DNA of 44,262 nt, from the IMG/VR virus record IMGVR_UViG_3300044709_000069, positions 1-44,262 of that record, one strand, 5' to 3'. The notes below the pieces were generated by a model. The model did not search any database and was not told the DNA's origin. It saw nothing but the letters and a program-made list of their open reading frames with translations. Shown here piece after piece: positions 7,722 through 17,051 of the stretch; position 1 is the stretch's first letter, and each line of letters starts with the position of its first letter. Both the position numbers and the translations under genes were made by a program. Source of the DNA: a virus (lineage: Duplodnaviria; Caudoviricetes).

Positions 7722-7944
7722 ACTTCGACCGTTCATCGTCGCCGAAATCTCGAAGAACTGGATCGATGGGAATGGTGTCGTGGACGATACACCCATTGCC
7801 GTGCTGTTTGAGCGCGTGATCGAAACCAATACGCGCCGCGGGTATCGGTTGCAGTCATTTCACCTGCATCGGCTGATGGTGAAGCCAAGCGAAATGAATG
7901 AAACGATCATCGCGGTATTTGCTCGCGCGAAACGCCAGCCATGA
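7711..7944 (+). CDS. Hypothetical protein (77 aa)
   Basis: GAGG RBS; coupled to its neighbours. Confidence 0.7.
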   Translation: MATELRPFIVAEISKNWIDGNGVVDDTPIAVLFERVIETNTRRGYRLQSFHLHRLMVKPSEMNETIIAVFARAKRQP

Positions 7945-8174
7945 CACCGACGATTCAGGTCTTCTACTCCTGCCCGCTCTGCGCACTCCGAAAGGTCGCC
8001 ATCAGTGTTCCAGCGCGAGAGGGTGAGGACGTGTTGCAGTGGATGGAGGCGACGCTCCGGTTACTTGCAGCCGACCATGCACAACGCAGTCCGACGTGCC
8101 ATCCAGACCAGTTGCACGACCTCATGATTCCAATGACCGGAACGGCTCGTGTCGGTGGCCCTGTTGAGCACTGA
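7941..8174 (+). CDS. Hypothetical Zn-binding protein (77 aa)
   Basis: CPLC...H...C; ATGA coupling. Confidence 0.65.
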   Translation: MTPTIQVFYSCPLCALRKVAISVPAREGEDVLQWMEATLRLLAADHAQRSPTCHPDQLHDLMIPMTGTARVGGPVEH

Positions 8175-8392
8175 GGAAATGACCTTCATGCCAAAGACGC
8201 CGATGACCCGCAGGTTTCGGACTGGTTTGGACGATGGTCCGCTGTTGCCGGGGCCTCGACCTTCGTCTTGGCGTATCCTGCGGCGTTCGCCGCGCTGGTG
8301 CTCCGTGCCGAGGCGGCCGGCTTCCGCCATGCGAGCATGGACGGCTATCGGCGACTCCGGCGTGATGTGCGGGCACTCTTAGCGGAGGGGCT

Positions 8393-8599
8393 GTGATGAC
8401 CGCTGAGCAAGAACGTGGGTCGTGGCTCTGGGAACGCTGTTATGTCTGCGGCCATCGCCTGCGCTTTGCGTCCACCGCGTGTCCGCAGTGTGGGCATGAA
8501 TTCGATGGACGAGACGCGCCCGATCGATTTCCAGAACTCTGTGAATGTGAACGATGTGCCGATGCGCGTCATTCTGGTTCAGTGAAGCAGAATTCATGA
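8393..8599 (+). CDS. Cys-rich Zn-ribbon protein (68 aa)
   Basis: GGAGG RBS; CYVCG, CPQCG, CECERC. Confidence 0.7.
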   Translation: MMTAEQERGSWLWERCYVCGHRLRFASTACPQCGHEFDGRDAPDRFPELCECERCADARHSGSVKQNS

Positions 8600-8760
8600 G
8601 CATGTTAGGCGGCGAGTTCGACGGTGCGATGAAGCAACTCAAAGCGACGTTAGCGCAAGGTGAGCGGACCCTCGCCGTCGCCGAAGTGACGATCATGGAA
8701 CTGCGCGCGGCCATCGCCACATTGCACGCACTGATCGAGCGTGTGCAGATCAAGCCATGA
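8596..8760 (+). CDS. Small coiled-coil protein (54 aa)
   Basis: ATGA coupling on both sides. Confidence 0.6.
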   Translation: MSMLGGEFDGAMKQLKATLAQGERTLAVAEVTIMELRAAIATLHALIERVQIKP

Positions 8761-9134
8761 GCGACACCAAAGACTTTTCACTCGGCGCGGTGCTCAGTGC
8801 CACGACCGGTACACTGCTGTGCGAGATCGCTGACCTCTATGAGATTCTGAACTTCCTCACCGGTGAATCGCTCTACACGCATCAACTGCCGCGAGCGTTC
8901 AAGGTGTGCGCGCCATATGTGCTCCAGCAGCATCCTGACCTTGTGGCAGTTGACACGGCATCTATCACGCGGGAGAACTGGCGGCGCTGGCTGGCGACGG
9001 CTACCAAGCAGTATGGCAAAACGCGCACGTTGACGCCTATTCCAGCCGGGGCGTATCAGGCGCAAGACCCGATACGGGAGTTGATCGACATGCGCGAGGG
9101 ACGCACGGACGGCATTCTCGTGGTCAAGCCATGA
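8757..9134 (+). CDS. Conserved phage hypothetical protein bracketed by 13-bp direct repeats
   Basis: LGAVLSATTG.LL...LYEILNFLTGESLYTHQLPR; TCAAGCCATGAGC at 8750 and 9124. Confidence 0.8.
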   Translation: MSDTKDFSLGAVLSATTGTLLCEIADLYEILNFLTGESLYTHQLPRAFKVCAPYVLQQHPDLVAVDTASITRENWRRWLATATKQYGKTRTLTPIPAGAYQAQDPIRELIDMREGRTDGILVVKP

Positions 9135-9595
9135 GCTTCGATCGCGCGGCGCTGAAGCGCGACATCCGCACGGCGGAAGCGCTTCGTCGCTGCGCCTACG
9201 ACGATGCGACGAGCCATGACATCGTGCCCGGCTACACCGTGCAAGGTCACATCACGATCGGTTATGGCCGAAGAATTGATCTGCCGTTGTCGAACGCGGC
9301 CATCGACTTCCTCATGGAGGAGGACATCCAGAATTGCTGCGATGCGCTGGACATTGCCCTGCCGTGGTGGCGGAACCTCGCCGAGCCGCAACAAAGAGCG
9401 GTCGTAGAATTAGCATTCACGGCCGGCGTGCAAGGTGTCTTACGCTTCCATCGCCTGTTAGCCGCGCTGAAGAACGGCGACGGCGAGCAAGCGGCGCGCG
9501 AGTTGGCCGATAGTCGTTGGACGAAGCAAGTGCATCAACGGCGCTCCGTGCGCGTGCAGAACCTGCTCAGAAATACGACCGTCAACGCCGATTAA
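9131..9595 (+). CDS. T4-type (GH24) phage lysozyme/endolysin
   Basis: E.LR..AY.D...TIGYG, AVVELAF..G..G...F, AARELADSRW.KQV..R. Confidence 0.85.
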   Translation: MSFDRAALKRDIRTAEALRRCAYDDATSHDIVPGYTVQGHITIGYGRRIDLPLSNAAIDFLMEEDIQNCCDALDIALPWWRNLAEPQQRAVVELAFTAGVQGVLRFHRLLAALKNGDGEQAARELADSRWTKQVHQRRSVRVQNLLRNTTVNAD

Positions 9596-9612
9596 GTCGT
9601 CGTCGTGTTCAC

Positions 9613-9700
9613 GATGCCAGCAGGCGGCGCAACGTCTGCTGGCATCTCACCACAACCCACGCGGACAGGAGCCGCGCAGACATGGCTACCACACATCTTA
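9613..9700 (+). promoter_or_regulatory. Two-hairpin leader with Shine-Dalgarno in the loop
   Basis: 14-bp stem 9613-9646; CGCGG-ACAGGAG-CCGCG at 9660-9676; antisense TAAGAT at 9695-9700. Confidence 0.6.
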
Positions 9701-10080
9701 CGGCACTCACGCTCGTCCTCTCGCTCGCTTTCGCGTCATTCGCCACAGCGCAATCAGCCGAACGCGCGGACGCCGAGCGCGAGGCCCGTCAACTGCGCTG
9801 GATCGGTGCCAGCTTCATGCTGACCGGCGGCGTGGTCGAAACGCTGTCGTACACCGCGTGGGCGAACAAGCAGACGTGGTGTTCCGGCAACAGTTTTCTC
9901 GTCACCTGTTCAGAAGTGAAACGCACGAATTGGGGCGTGATGATTGCGGGGCTGGGCACCAGCGTCAGCGGGATCATGTTCTGGATGGCAGGGGACCGGA
10001 TGGCGAAGCGGGCGAAGTTGTTGCCATCGATTGCGGTCGGGCCGTCCCGCTGGAGCGTGCAGCAACGCGTCGCGTGGTGA
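9682..10080 (+). CDS. Membrane protein with signal peptide (132 aa), moron-like
   Basis: AGGAG RBS; hydrophobic N-terminus ending ATA-Q; two further hydrophobic segments. Confidence 0.75.
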   Translation: MATTHLTALTLVLSLAFASFATAQSAERADAEREARQLRWIGASFMLTGGVVETLSYTAWANKQTWCSGNSFLVTCSEVKRTNWGVMIAGLGTSVSGIMFWMAGDRMAKRAKLLPSIAVGPSRWSVQQRVAW

Positions 10081-11043
10081 TTACTTCGTGCCGCCTTTGG
10101 CGCGAGTCGTCCTCGCATTCTTCGCGGCGACGACTTGCGCCACCTCCGCATCCGTCGGCGTGCCGAGTCCTTGCGCCAGCGCGGCGGCTGGATTCGCAGG
10201 CTGGGCCGGGCGCATCGCCACGACTTTGCTCACGGCGGCTTCCGGCGTCGCCCCTTGCTGGATGTAATACGTCACCCACGACACCTCAGCCGGTTGCGGC
10301 ATGACCTTGGCGGCTTTGAACGCCTCAACGGCGGCTTTCATCGCCACGCCTTGCGGGATGGGCACGGCGGGCGGTGTTCCACCGGCTAAGGCTCCGCTGC
10401 GGACTTCGGCTTCGCGACGCTGAATCAGGCCTGCAATCGACGGCGGCTGCGTCGGCGTGTTCATGCCGCTCGGCGGTTCGACCGCTGCCGCTGGCGCAGC
10501 GACTGGCGGTTCCTGGACTTGGATGGGCGGGCGCGCGGGGCCGGGCTGCACCGGCATCGGTTCGACGGGTGCAGATGGCACCGATGGAGCGGCAGGGGCC
10601 GGTGCGGCCGTCGCATCCGGCTTCAGGTGAAACCCAAACGTCGGTTTCAGAGTCAGCCCGGACGCCCCGGCTTTCATCGACACGCCTGGACTCATGCGAA
10701 CACGACTCGCCGTGTGCACCGCATTCAGGACCGGGCGACTCGTGAGCACTTTCGGCCCAAAGTACGCGACAGCCGCCGATACCCATAGCTTCGGGTCGGT
10801 CACGTCCCGCTTGAGAATGGCCCCGATCCGGCCAATCGCCTCTTGCGGGTTGTCGATCACTTCGCCGAGCGTCACTGGATCGGCCGTCGTTGGCGCTCGC
10901 ATCACGGCTTCAGGATGAGCACCCACGGCTGGCGAGTCATTCGACAACGACGCCATGACGTCGGCTTCGGACGGTGGCCCGCCCTCCGTCGTGACGTTGA
11001 ACGTGCGCCCATCGGTCAGCGTGACGCGATACGTCTCAGGCAT
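10081..11043 (-). CDS. Putative ejection/internal virion protein, Pro/Ala-rich
   Basis: Last gene of the late operon; N-terminal YRVTLTDGRTFNV. Confidence 0.6.
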   Translation of the reverse strand: MPETYRVTLTDGRTFNVTTEGGPPSEADVMASLSNDSPAVGAHPEAVMRAPTTADPVTLGEVIDNPQEAIGRIGAILKRDVTDPKLWVSAAVAYFGPKVLTSRPVLNAVHTASRVRMSPGVSMKAGASGLTLKPTFGFHLKPDATAAPAPAAPSVPSAPVEPMPVQPGPARPPIQVQEPPVAAPAAAVEPPSGMNTPTQPPSIAGLIQRREAEVRSGALAGGTPPAVPIPQGVAMKAAVEAFKAAKVMPQPAEVSWVTYYIQQGATPEAAVSKVVAMRPAQPANPAAALAQGLGTPTDAEVAQVVAAKNARTTRAKGGTK

Positions 11044-12377
11044 CAGGGCACTTTTTCAATCTTCAGAATCTTCACGCCGCCCTCTGGCGCGCCCAGTGTT
11101 TTGATGCGCTTCCGAATCGCATTGATCTGATCGTCCAGCGCGTCGGTACGGTTCTGCATATCGCGCTTGAGCAAGCGCATGACGGCGACACTTTGTTTCA
11201 ACGTCGCTCCGGCCGGATTGAAGGCTTCGACTTCCTTGCGAGCGGCATCGGAGAGTTGTCCGCTCAGATTCGGATTCGTGATGATCTTGGCGACTTCATT
11301 CACGACGACTTGCCGTGCCGCGTCATATTGTGTCTGATTCGGACTGCCCAGCAGCTTGCCCGTCGCCATGCGGAGATACGTATTCGCCAGCGGCGAACCA
11401 CTATCCACGACCTTGCCCGCCGTCTCGAGGAAGATATCGATGTTCTTACTCGCCGTCTGTTCGAAGGCACCGATAGCCGCGCGCTGTTTCTCGAGTTGCG
11501 TGAGCGTGGCACTATTGGCCGCTAATTCCGCTTTGTTGCTCGCAATGTCGGCGTCAGGATGTCGCGCCGCCGCGCGATTGATAATCGCCTTGCGCGTGGT
11601 TTTGTCGCCCATGCCGAGCGCGGGCAACTGGCCGGTTTTCCAAAACAGATCCGCCGCGATGTCGATGCCTTCGGGCGTCAGATCGGTTTTGTCGCCTGCT
11701 GCCGCGGCGGCTTTGTCCGCTTCAAACTTCAGCCGCGCTTTCTGATACGGCGACATCGGCGGCTCATCGGGTAGGATATCGACGCCTTCCGTGATCGGCT
11801 GGCTTCGGATGTCGTACAGCTTGTTATCCGACCCGGTGCGGACCATCTGCCGCTTGCCGCCGATCATCATCGGCTTCGGTTCGCCGAGCGTGAGCGGCTT
11901 CGGCGGTTCCGGCACTTGCGACTCAGGGACCGGAATACCCCCTTCACCAATCGCCATTGAACCAGGTGCCCCGCGTGGCAGCGGCTTCGGCTTCAGCTTC
12001 TCGCCTTGCTCTGTCGCCCATGCCGCCAAATCTGGTCGGCCAATCTCTTGCGCCTTCTGCACAGCGGCGGCCGTGTCCCATGTCTGGCCATCCGTCGAGA
12101 ACGCCGCAAGCGCAATCTGTTGCTGCTTCGCATAGGCGTCCTGTGATTGCTGGAACAGCAGATCGGCGCGTTTCGCATCGCCAGCGGCGCGGGCTTCCTT
12201 CGCCTGCTCGAGCAGCAGCAACGCATCCTGGCGCTTCTGAACGGTGCGCTGCTGCATGATCTGCGACGGGATCGCGCTCAGATTCGCGATGGTGTCGCCC
12301 CACAGCCGCGCCTTCGCTTCCATCGCACGAGCGGCAAAGTCGCCGGACGCAATTCGGAGATTGCTGTAGCTGCTCAT
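11043..12377 (-). CDS. Putative DNA ejection/transfer protein (444 aa)
   Basis: Helical Ala/Gln-rich; position equivalent to P22 gp7/gp20/gp16; start moved to ATG 12377. Confidence 0.65.
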   Translation of the reverse strand: MSSYSNLRIASGDFAARAMEAKARLWGDTIANLSAIPSQIMQQRTVQKRQDALLLLEQAKEARAAGDAKRADLLFQQSQDAYAKQQQIALAAFSTDGQTWDTAAAVQKAQEIGRPDLAAWATEQGEKLKPKPLPRGAPGSMAIGEGGIPVPESQVPEPPKPLTLGEPKPMMIGGKRQMVRTGSDNKLYDIRSQPITEGVDILPDEPPMSPYQKARLKFEADKAAAAAGDKTDLTPEGIDIAADLFWKTGQLPALGMGDKTTRKAIINRAAARHPDADIASNKAELAANSATLTQLEKQRAAIGAFEQTASKNIDIFLETAGKVVDSGSPLANTYLRMATGKLLGSPNQTQYDAARQVVVNEVAKIITNPNLSGQLSDAARKEVEAFNPAGATLKQSVAVMRLLKRDMQNRTDALDDQINAIRKRIKTLGAPEGGVKILKIEKVP

Positions 12378-12385
12378 CGGTTCTC

Positions 12386-13435
12386 TCAGCCGGTCAGCGG
12401 CGGGACGGATGTTTTCGAGCCGAGCGCCGCCTGTAACCCGTAGCCGGCGAGTTGCGCGTACCGCGACCACGGATCGGCGCTCTGCGTGGTGTAATTCAGA
12501 CCGTAGTCCGCACGTTTCCGCGCTTCGTCATCGAGGTAGCGAGCGTACTGGTTCTGATTGGCCGTGAGTCCTAACCCGGCTTGGCCTTGATACTCGCCGT
12601 AATTCTGTTGCCGTCCTTGCAAGCCGAGTTGCGCGGCGTCTGTGAACTGACCGTAACGACTTCGATACTCATCGAAGGCTCGCTGATACGTTCCGGCATA
12701 TGTCGTATCGGCTAAGCCTTGGCTGTATCTATCGAGGGCTTTGAGCGTGCCGGGATTCAGGATGCTACCCTTCGCAGCCGCCGAGCGTTGGATCGCGTTC
12801 TGCCCTTCACCGAGGGTGAACTGGTAGCCGGGCGTTTGACGAGCCTGCTCCGCTGTCGGTGCGGTGAACTGCTCTGACCATGTTGGCGGTACGTAGGATT
12901 GTTGCAGGTTCGCCGGAAGTACAGGCGGTGTCCAGTTCGGTCCCCCATATGCAGCGGATGCATACGGCGGCGGGATCGCGCCCGGTCCTTGCGCAAACTC
13001 GCCGTACGGATTCGTGACAGGTGCCCCGCTGCCGCTCGCCGCTAGCTGTGCGTTGCCGGTGGGTTGCACGACCCAGACGGGATGGCCTTCGCCGAAGCCG
13101 ACGCGGACCCAGCTCCCATCGGGGAGTTGAATCTTCGTGCGCTCGCCGCTGGCGTTGGGCGGCGTCAGCTTCACGCCATACTGAGCCAGGATCGGCTCGA
13201 GCTCCAGCAACGTCTGCTGGTTGTACGGCTTCCCAGCGATGAGACTTTGAAACCACGCCTGGTAGTTGCCGCCGAAGGCGTCTGGGCCTTGTGTCGCTGT
13301 GGCCCGGTCAGCAGGCGCGGCGGCGGGTGCGCCGGTATCGTCGTAGATGGTCGGGCCGGGAATGTCGTATTGGTCCCACCACGACCCGCCGCCACCTTCC
13401 GCGCCAGTGGGATCGTCTTCCCTACGGTTAGCCAT
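12386..13435 (-). CDS. Putative DNA transfer (ejection) protein
   Basis: TPGYQFTLGEGQNAIQRSAAAKG...GTLKALDRYSQGLA motif of podoviral DNA-transfer proteins. Confidence 0.78.
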   Translation of the reverse strand: MANRREDDPTGAEGGGGSWWDQYDIPGPTIYDDTGAPAAAPADRATATQGPDAFGGNYQAWFQSLIAGKPYNQQTLLELEPILAQYGVKLTPPNASGERTKIQLPDGSWVRVGFGEGHPVWVVQPTGNAQLAASGSGAPVTNPYGEFAQGPGAIPPPYASAAYGGPNWTPPVLPANLQQSYVPPTWSEQFTAPTAEQARQTPGYQFTLGEGQNAIQRSAAAKGSILNPGTLKALDRYSQGLADTTYAGTYQRAFDEYRSRYGQFTDAAQLGLQGRQQNYGEYQGQAGLGLTANQNQYARYLDDEARKRADYGLNYTTQSADPWSRYAQLAGYGLQAALGSKTSVPPLTG

Positions 13436-14381
13436 TGACTACCTCAGCGCCTAAGCTCTGAAATCGAGCAACCTGGTTCACCGGAATGTTTCTCGTGGAA
13501 CCATCGGGCGCGCGCATCGTGACCATCTGCGGTGTCGGCGCGGGCGGCTGCAACGTTGTCGGCGTCTCCGCCGGCATCGTGCGCCGATCGGGCAGCGTCG
13601 GCGTCCGCATGATCGGCGCCCCGCCGGGCTGCGTCGTCGGCAGGACGCCCGCATTCTGCACCTGCGCCGGCTGGGGCGGGGTGTAGCCGTGGCCGGACGG
13701 ATTCAGGCCCAGCAGGGACGCCATGCGGTCAGAGGCGGTCTGGCCGGTGGCGATATACGGCTGGAGCCGGGCGTTGAGCTCGCCGTAGCGCTGTGACTCT
13801 AAGCCCTTCAGATACTCGTCGCGCTGCTTCTCATACTCAAGCGCGTCCTTGAAGCTCTGCGCCTGAATCTCGGCTGCTCGTTCGAGGCCGCTCGACGTGA
13901 TGCCCGCGCCGATGAGACTCCCGGCGATCGGCAAGCCGTATTGCAGCGCGGGCGTGAGGTATTTCGCGACGGTAGACGTCGCCGCCGCACCGCCAGCCGC
14001 GCCGGCCGCCGTAGTACCTGCGGCGGTGCCTCCGGTCACGCCAGCCCCGACGGCGCCGGTCGCGCCCGTGGCTCCACCAGCCGTCCCAGCGGCGGCAGGA
14101 ACCGCCAACGCGGCCCCGGCAAGGCCGAGGCTGGCTCCGAGGACCGGCCAGAACCAGGGGTTTCTGAGCAGCCAGCCGGGCTGCGTCTCGACAACGTGGC
14201 CGTTCTCGATCTTGAAGCGGTCGCTCGTCGGCGGCTGCCCAGTTTTCTGGTAGCGGTCATCCAGATATTTCAGGATGCCGGCTTCGGGATGCTCAGCCGT
14301 CGCCAGATTCGCGTAAGCGGGCGGCAGCGGGATCGCCGTCTGGCCGGTGGGCGTCGCGCGACTGGTTGGGGTGGTCGGCAT
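13428..14381 (-). CDS. Putative ejection/pilot protein
   Basis: Gly/Ala-rich hydrophobic region, then LQPYIATGQTA. Confidence 0.68.
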   Translation of the reverse strand: MPTTPTSRATPTGQTAIPLPPAYANLATAEHPEAGILKYLDDRYQKTGQPPTSDRFKIENGHVVETQPGWLLRNPWFWPVLGASLGLAGAALAVPAAAGTAGGATGATGAVGAGVTGGTAAGTTAAGAAGGAAATSTVAKYLTPALQYGLPIAGSLIGAGITSSGLERAAEIQAQSFKDALEYEKQRDEYLKGLESQRYGELNARLQPYIATGQTASDRMASLLGLNPSGHGYTPPQPAQVQNAGVLPTTQPGGAPIMRTPTLPDRRTMPAETPTTLQPPAPTPQMVTMRAPDGSTRNIPVNQVARFQSLGAEVVNG

Positions 14382-14403
14382 CGTAAAATTCTCAGCCTAT
14401 TTC

Positions 14404-14428
14404 TTTAACAGCGACCCGCGCTGTTAAA
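14404..14428. promoter_or_regulatory. Perfect 10-bp inverted repeat upstream of the ejection genes
   Basis: TTTAACAGCG-acccg-CGCTGTTAAA; no U-tract follows the stem; GAGAAT lies 6 nt before ATG 14381. Confidence 0.55.
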
Positions 14429-14433
14429 AAACC

Positions 14434-15201
14434 TTACAGATAGCCCGCTAGGATCTGCCAATTCGACCCGTCGGCCTGGATGACTCGGCTTTGAAACTGC
14501 GTCCCGAGCGTGGGATTCACGACGGTATCCACCGTTCCGGTTAGCGTTACAAGGTTTGCCGAAACATCCGTTTTTTTCACGGTGAGGATACGCCCGCTGG
14601 TCGCCGCAGGCAGGGTCAGTGTGACCGCGCCGCCCGTGGCATTCACCAGCAGCACGTTGTCGCTCGCCAGGACGACGTAGGGGCTCATCGCGAACGTCAC
14701 GACGACGACGGCATAGGTCAGCGCCGTGGCCTTCAGGGCGGTCAGGTTAACGCCCGACGCGGCCGGAAGAGTCGCCGGGAATCGAGCGTCCGGCACGGTG
14801 CCGCTACTCAGGTTGCTGGCATTGAGCGTAGTCAAGGCTGAAGCGTTGAGGGCTGGCAATGTGCCAGTCAACACGGCAGCATTCAGCGCAGTGAGGGCCG
14901 ATCCGTTGAGGGCTGGCAATGTGCCGGTCAGGTCCGCCGCTGGAATTGTTGTGCTAGTTGTCGGCGTGGCAATGCCGAGGGCGACTGTTATCGACAGATG
15001 CCCCGCGGCCAGGGACGCAAGATTGAACTCATTCGTCAGATCGCCATTGCTTTGACCGACCCAATACCGGGCATCGGCTGGAGCCGTTCCTGACACCAGC
15101 GAAGTCTGTGTCTTGAGAAAAAAACGCGACCACAACTCAGACACGTTGCCGTCTGACCTCAACAGACCAACGTTCAGCGGCGGCGGGAACACGCTCGGCA
15201 C
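14434..15201 (-). CDS. Tail needle/fibre-like protein with internal repeats
   Basis: Follows the gp10-like gene; LTGTLPALN repeats with 60-bp DNA period (14844 and 14904); GTG start overlaps the upstream TAG. Confidence 0.65.
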   Translation of the reverse strand: MPSVFPPPLNVGLLRSDGNVSELWSRFFLKTQTSLVSGTAPADARYWVGQSNGDLTNEFNLASLAAGHLSITVALGIATPTTSTTIPAADLTGTLPALNGSALTALNAAVLTGTLPALNASALTTLNASNLSSGTVPDARFPATLPAASGVNLTALKATALTYAVVVVTFAMSPYVVLASDNVLLVNATGGAVTLTLPAATSGRILTVKKTDVSANLVTLTGTVDTVVNPTLGTQFQSRVIQADGSNWQILAGYL

Positions 15202-16658
15202 TACAGTTGCCCGTTTCCTTGCGTGATTCGCAGATTGAGGCCCGGTCCCCACACCGTGCGAACGGCATCCGTCACCGCAATTTCTAGGACGAATCGATCC
15301 ATGCGCGTTCGCCCGATGCGACGCCAGATCACCCGGTTATCCCATCGTCCAATCGCGCCGAGCGGCGCGTGAACGGCTCCGCTCCACGTGTGAGCAGAAT
15401 CCTTTGAACACCTCATCATGGCTTGAGGTGCAGAGCCTTGTCCTGTCGTCAGGCCCACACCGACTTCCGCCTGAAGCTCGATCTGATCGATGAATCCGTA
15501 GGTTGCCTCAGCCGAGATGTACGGCGCACGTCTGACGCGTCGGATCATTTCACCGTTGTCGGTGAACGTGTCGAGGTCAAGCGTAAAGACGTTGCCAGTC
15601 GCGTAGTCGCCGACAACTATTTCGCCATTCACGGCACAGCACCCACGCGCTCGCCACCGATGGAAGACGGCCAGCGGCACGTCCCACTGGCCTCTCTGGT
15701 GCCATTGCCGCTCAACGAGATCGATCACCCACGTCACATCCGCCGATGGAAACGTGAACGCGGCAAACTGATGCCCCTCTTGCTCATACACAAGAACTTC
15801 TGCATCAGCAACGGTGGCATACGACGCGAGCGCGAAGGCGATTGCAGGCGTCGAGAGCGTTTGCGGCGGATCGGACGCCGCCATGATGCTCAGATTCCCT
15901 GTGGCCGATTGCGCCAGCCAGACGAGCGTGCCGCCGATAGTCGCAATCGCATAGGGACTCACCGCGCCAACAGTCACGCTCGAACCTGGATACGGCACGA
16001 ACGGGTTGTCAGAATCGCCCGAATCATAGTACACGTCGGTGCTCTGACTGCCGAAGCACCAGATCCGATCTCGCAGGACAGCGATTCCAATCAGATTGTC
16101 CGAAGTCGTGGAACGAGCAAAGAAATCAGACCCTGACCATGAACTGCCATCTTCGAGCGCAGAGAACCAGACCTTGACGGTATTCGCTTCTAACAGCAAA
16201 AAGTACCCGTCGAGGAAAGCGATTTGTGTGGGCGCATTGGTCAGCGGCAGACTGACCGGGCCGGTGAACACGTTCGTCGTATACCGGAGGATGTAGAGAT
16301 TCCCCGCACTCAGGACCGCGAGCTGTTCGCCGCCGCGCCCGTTACTGGCAAATTGCACCGGCTTGCCGTCGTTGGCAATCGTGCCGCGGGTGATCGCGGT
16401 GCCTGCCGTGACGTCGAGTTCGTACAGCGTCGAGCCGGTCGCGCAAAACGTTCTGCCATCTTCGGACCAGAGCCCTCTGCACGAGACGTCACCCAACGTC
16501 TGATTGGGTTTCAGCCCCGGCGTCCCCACTAAGGCTGTTTTTTTCGCGTTGCCTGCGGACTGAATGGTGGAAACGAAGAGGTTAATCGCCGCCTCTGCGT
16601 CGAGCGTTGCACTGCGGTCGCGGTAAGCTCCTCCGGTAAACGCCTGCCATAAAGCCAA
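15201..16658 (-). CDS. P22 gp10-like packaged-DNA stabilisation/tail hub protein
   Basis: LVGTPGL, IAFLDGYF, WCFGSQST.VYY.SG, YEQEGHQF, EVGVGL..GQGS.PQ.M. Confidence 0.88.
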   Translation of the reverse strand: MALWQAFTGGAYRDRSATLDAEAAINLFVSTIQSAGNAKKTALVGTPGLKPNQTLGDVSCRGLWSEDGRTFCATGSTLYELDVTAGTAITRGTIANDGKPVQFASNGRGGEQLAVLSAGNLYILRYTTNVFTGPVSLPLTNAPTQIAFLDGYFLLLEANTVKVWFSALEDGSSWSGSDFFARSTTSDNLIGIAVLRDRIWCFGSQSTDVYYDSGDSDNPFVPYPGSSVTVGAVSPYAIATIGGTLVWLAQSATGNLSIMAASDPPQTLSTPAIAFALASYATVADAEVLVYEQEGHQFAAFTFPSADVTWVIDLVERQWHQRGQWDVPLAVFHRWRARGCCAVNGEIVVGDYATGNVFTLDLDTFTDNGEMIRRVRRAPYISAEATYGFIDQIELQAEVGVGLTTGQGSAPQAMMRCSKDSAHTWSGAVHAPLGAIGRWDNRVIWRRIGRTRMDRFVLEIAVTDAVRTVWGPGLNLRITQGNGQL

Positions 16659-16661
16659 GGC

Positions 16662-17051
16662 TCATCGCTCCGGGAGTACGCTCACACCGGGCATCGGCTC
16701 GGCGGGCACATCACGGCGCGTGCCCTTCAGGCCGTCCATGAGCTCGGCCTGCACTTCGTCGACGCCGATCTTGAAGTGCGCGGCGAGAAAATTCACCAGC
16801 GCCCGCGCAAACGGATCGCTGAGCCGATCCTTCGCGGTGACGTCGGCGACAGCCGGTTCGCTGATGTCCACCTCCGCGATCAACTGCGCGGCCAGCGACT
16901 CGTGTTCTTTCGTCGCGGTGTCCAACAGATGCACGTTCCACGTGGAACGATCCTTGGGATCACCAATCGACACGCCAGAAATCGGCACACCCGCTTCCTT
17001 CAGCTTCACGTCCAGCAAATAGGCCGCGTTGAGGCTCGAGGCTTCATTCAT
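16662..17051 (-). CDS. Hypothetical tail-associated protein, possible fibre chaperone
   Basis: Coupled downstream of a tail fibre gene; PISGVSIG...W. Confidence 0.6.
   Translation of the reverse strand: MNEASSLNAAYLLDVKLKEAGVPISGVSIGDPKDRSTWNVHLLDTATKEHESLAAQLIAEVDISEPAVADVTAKDRLSDPFARALVNFLAAHFKIGVDEVQAELMDGLKGTRRDVPAEPMPGVSVLPER

Noticed and set aside
8175-8392. Coding gene in this gap
   Set aside because: Candidate frames give low-complexity Arg/Pro-rich products with no convincing RBS; left uncalled.
14404-14428. Intrinsic terminator
   Set aside because: No U-tract follows the stem on either strand; kept only as a possible regulatory repeat.
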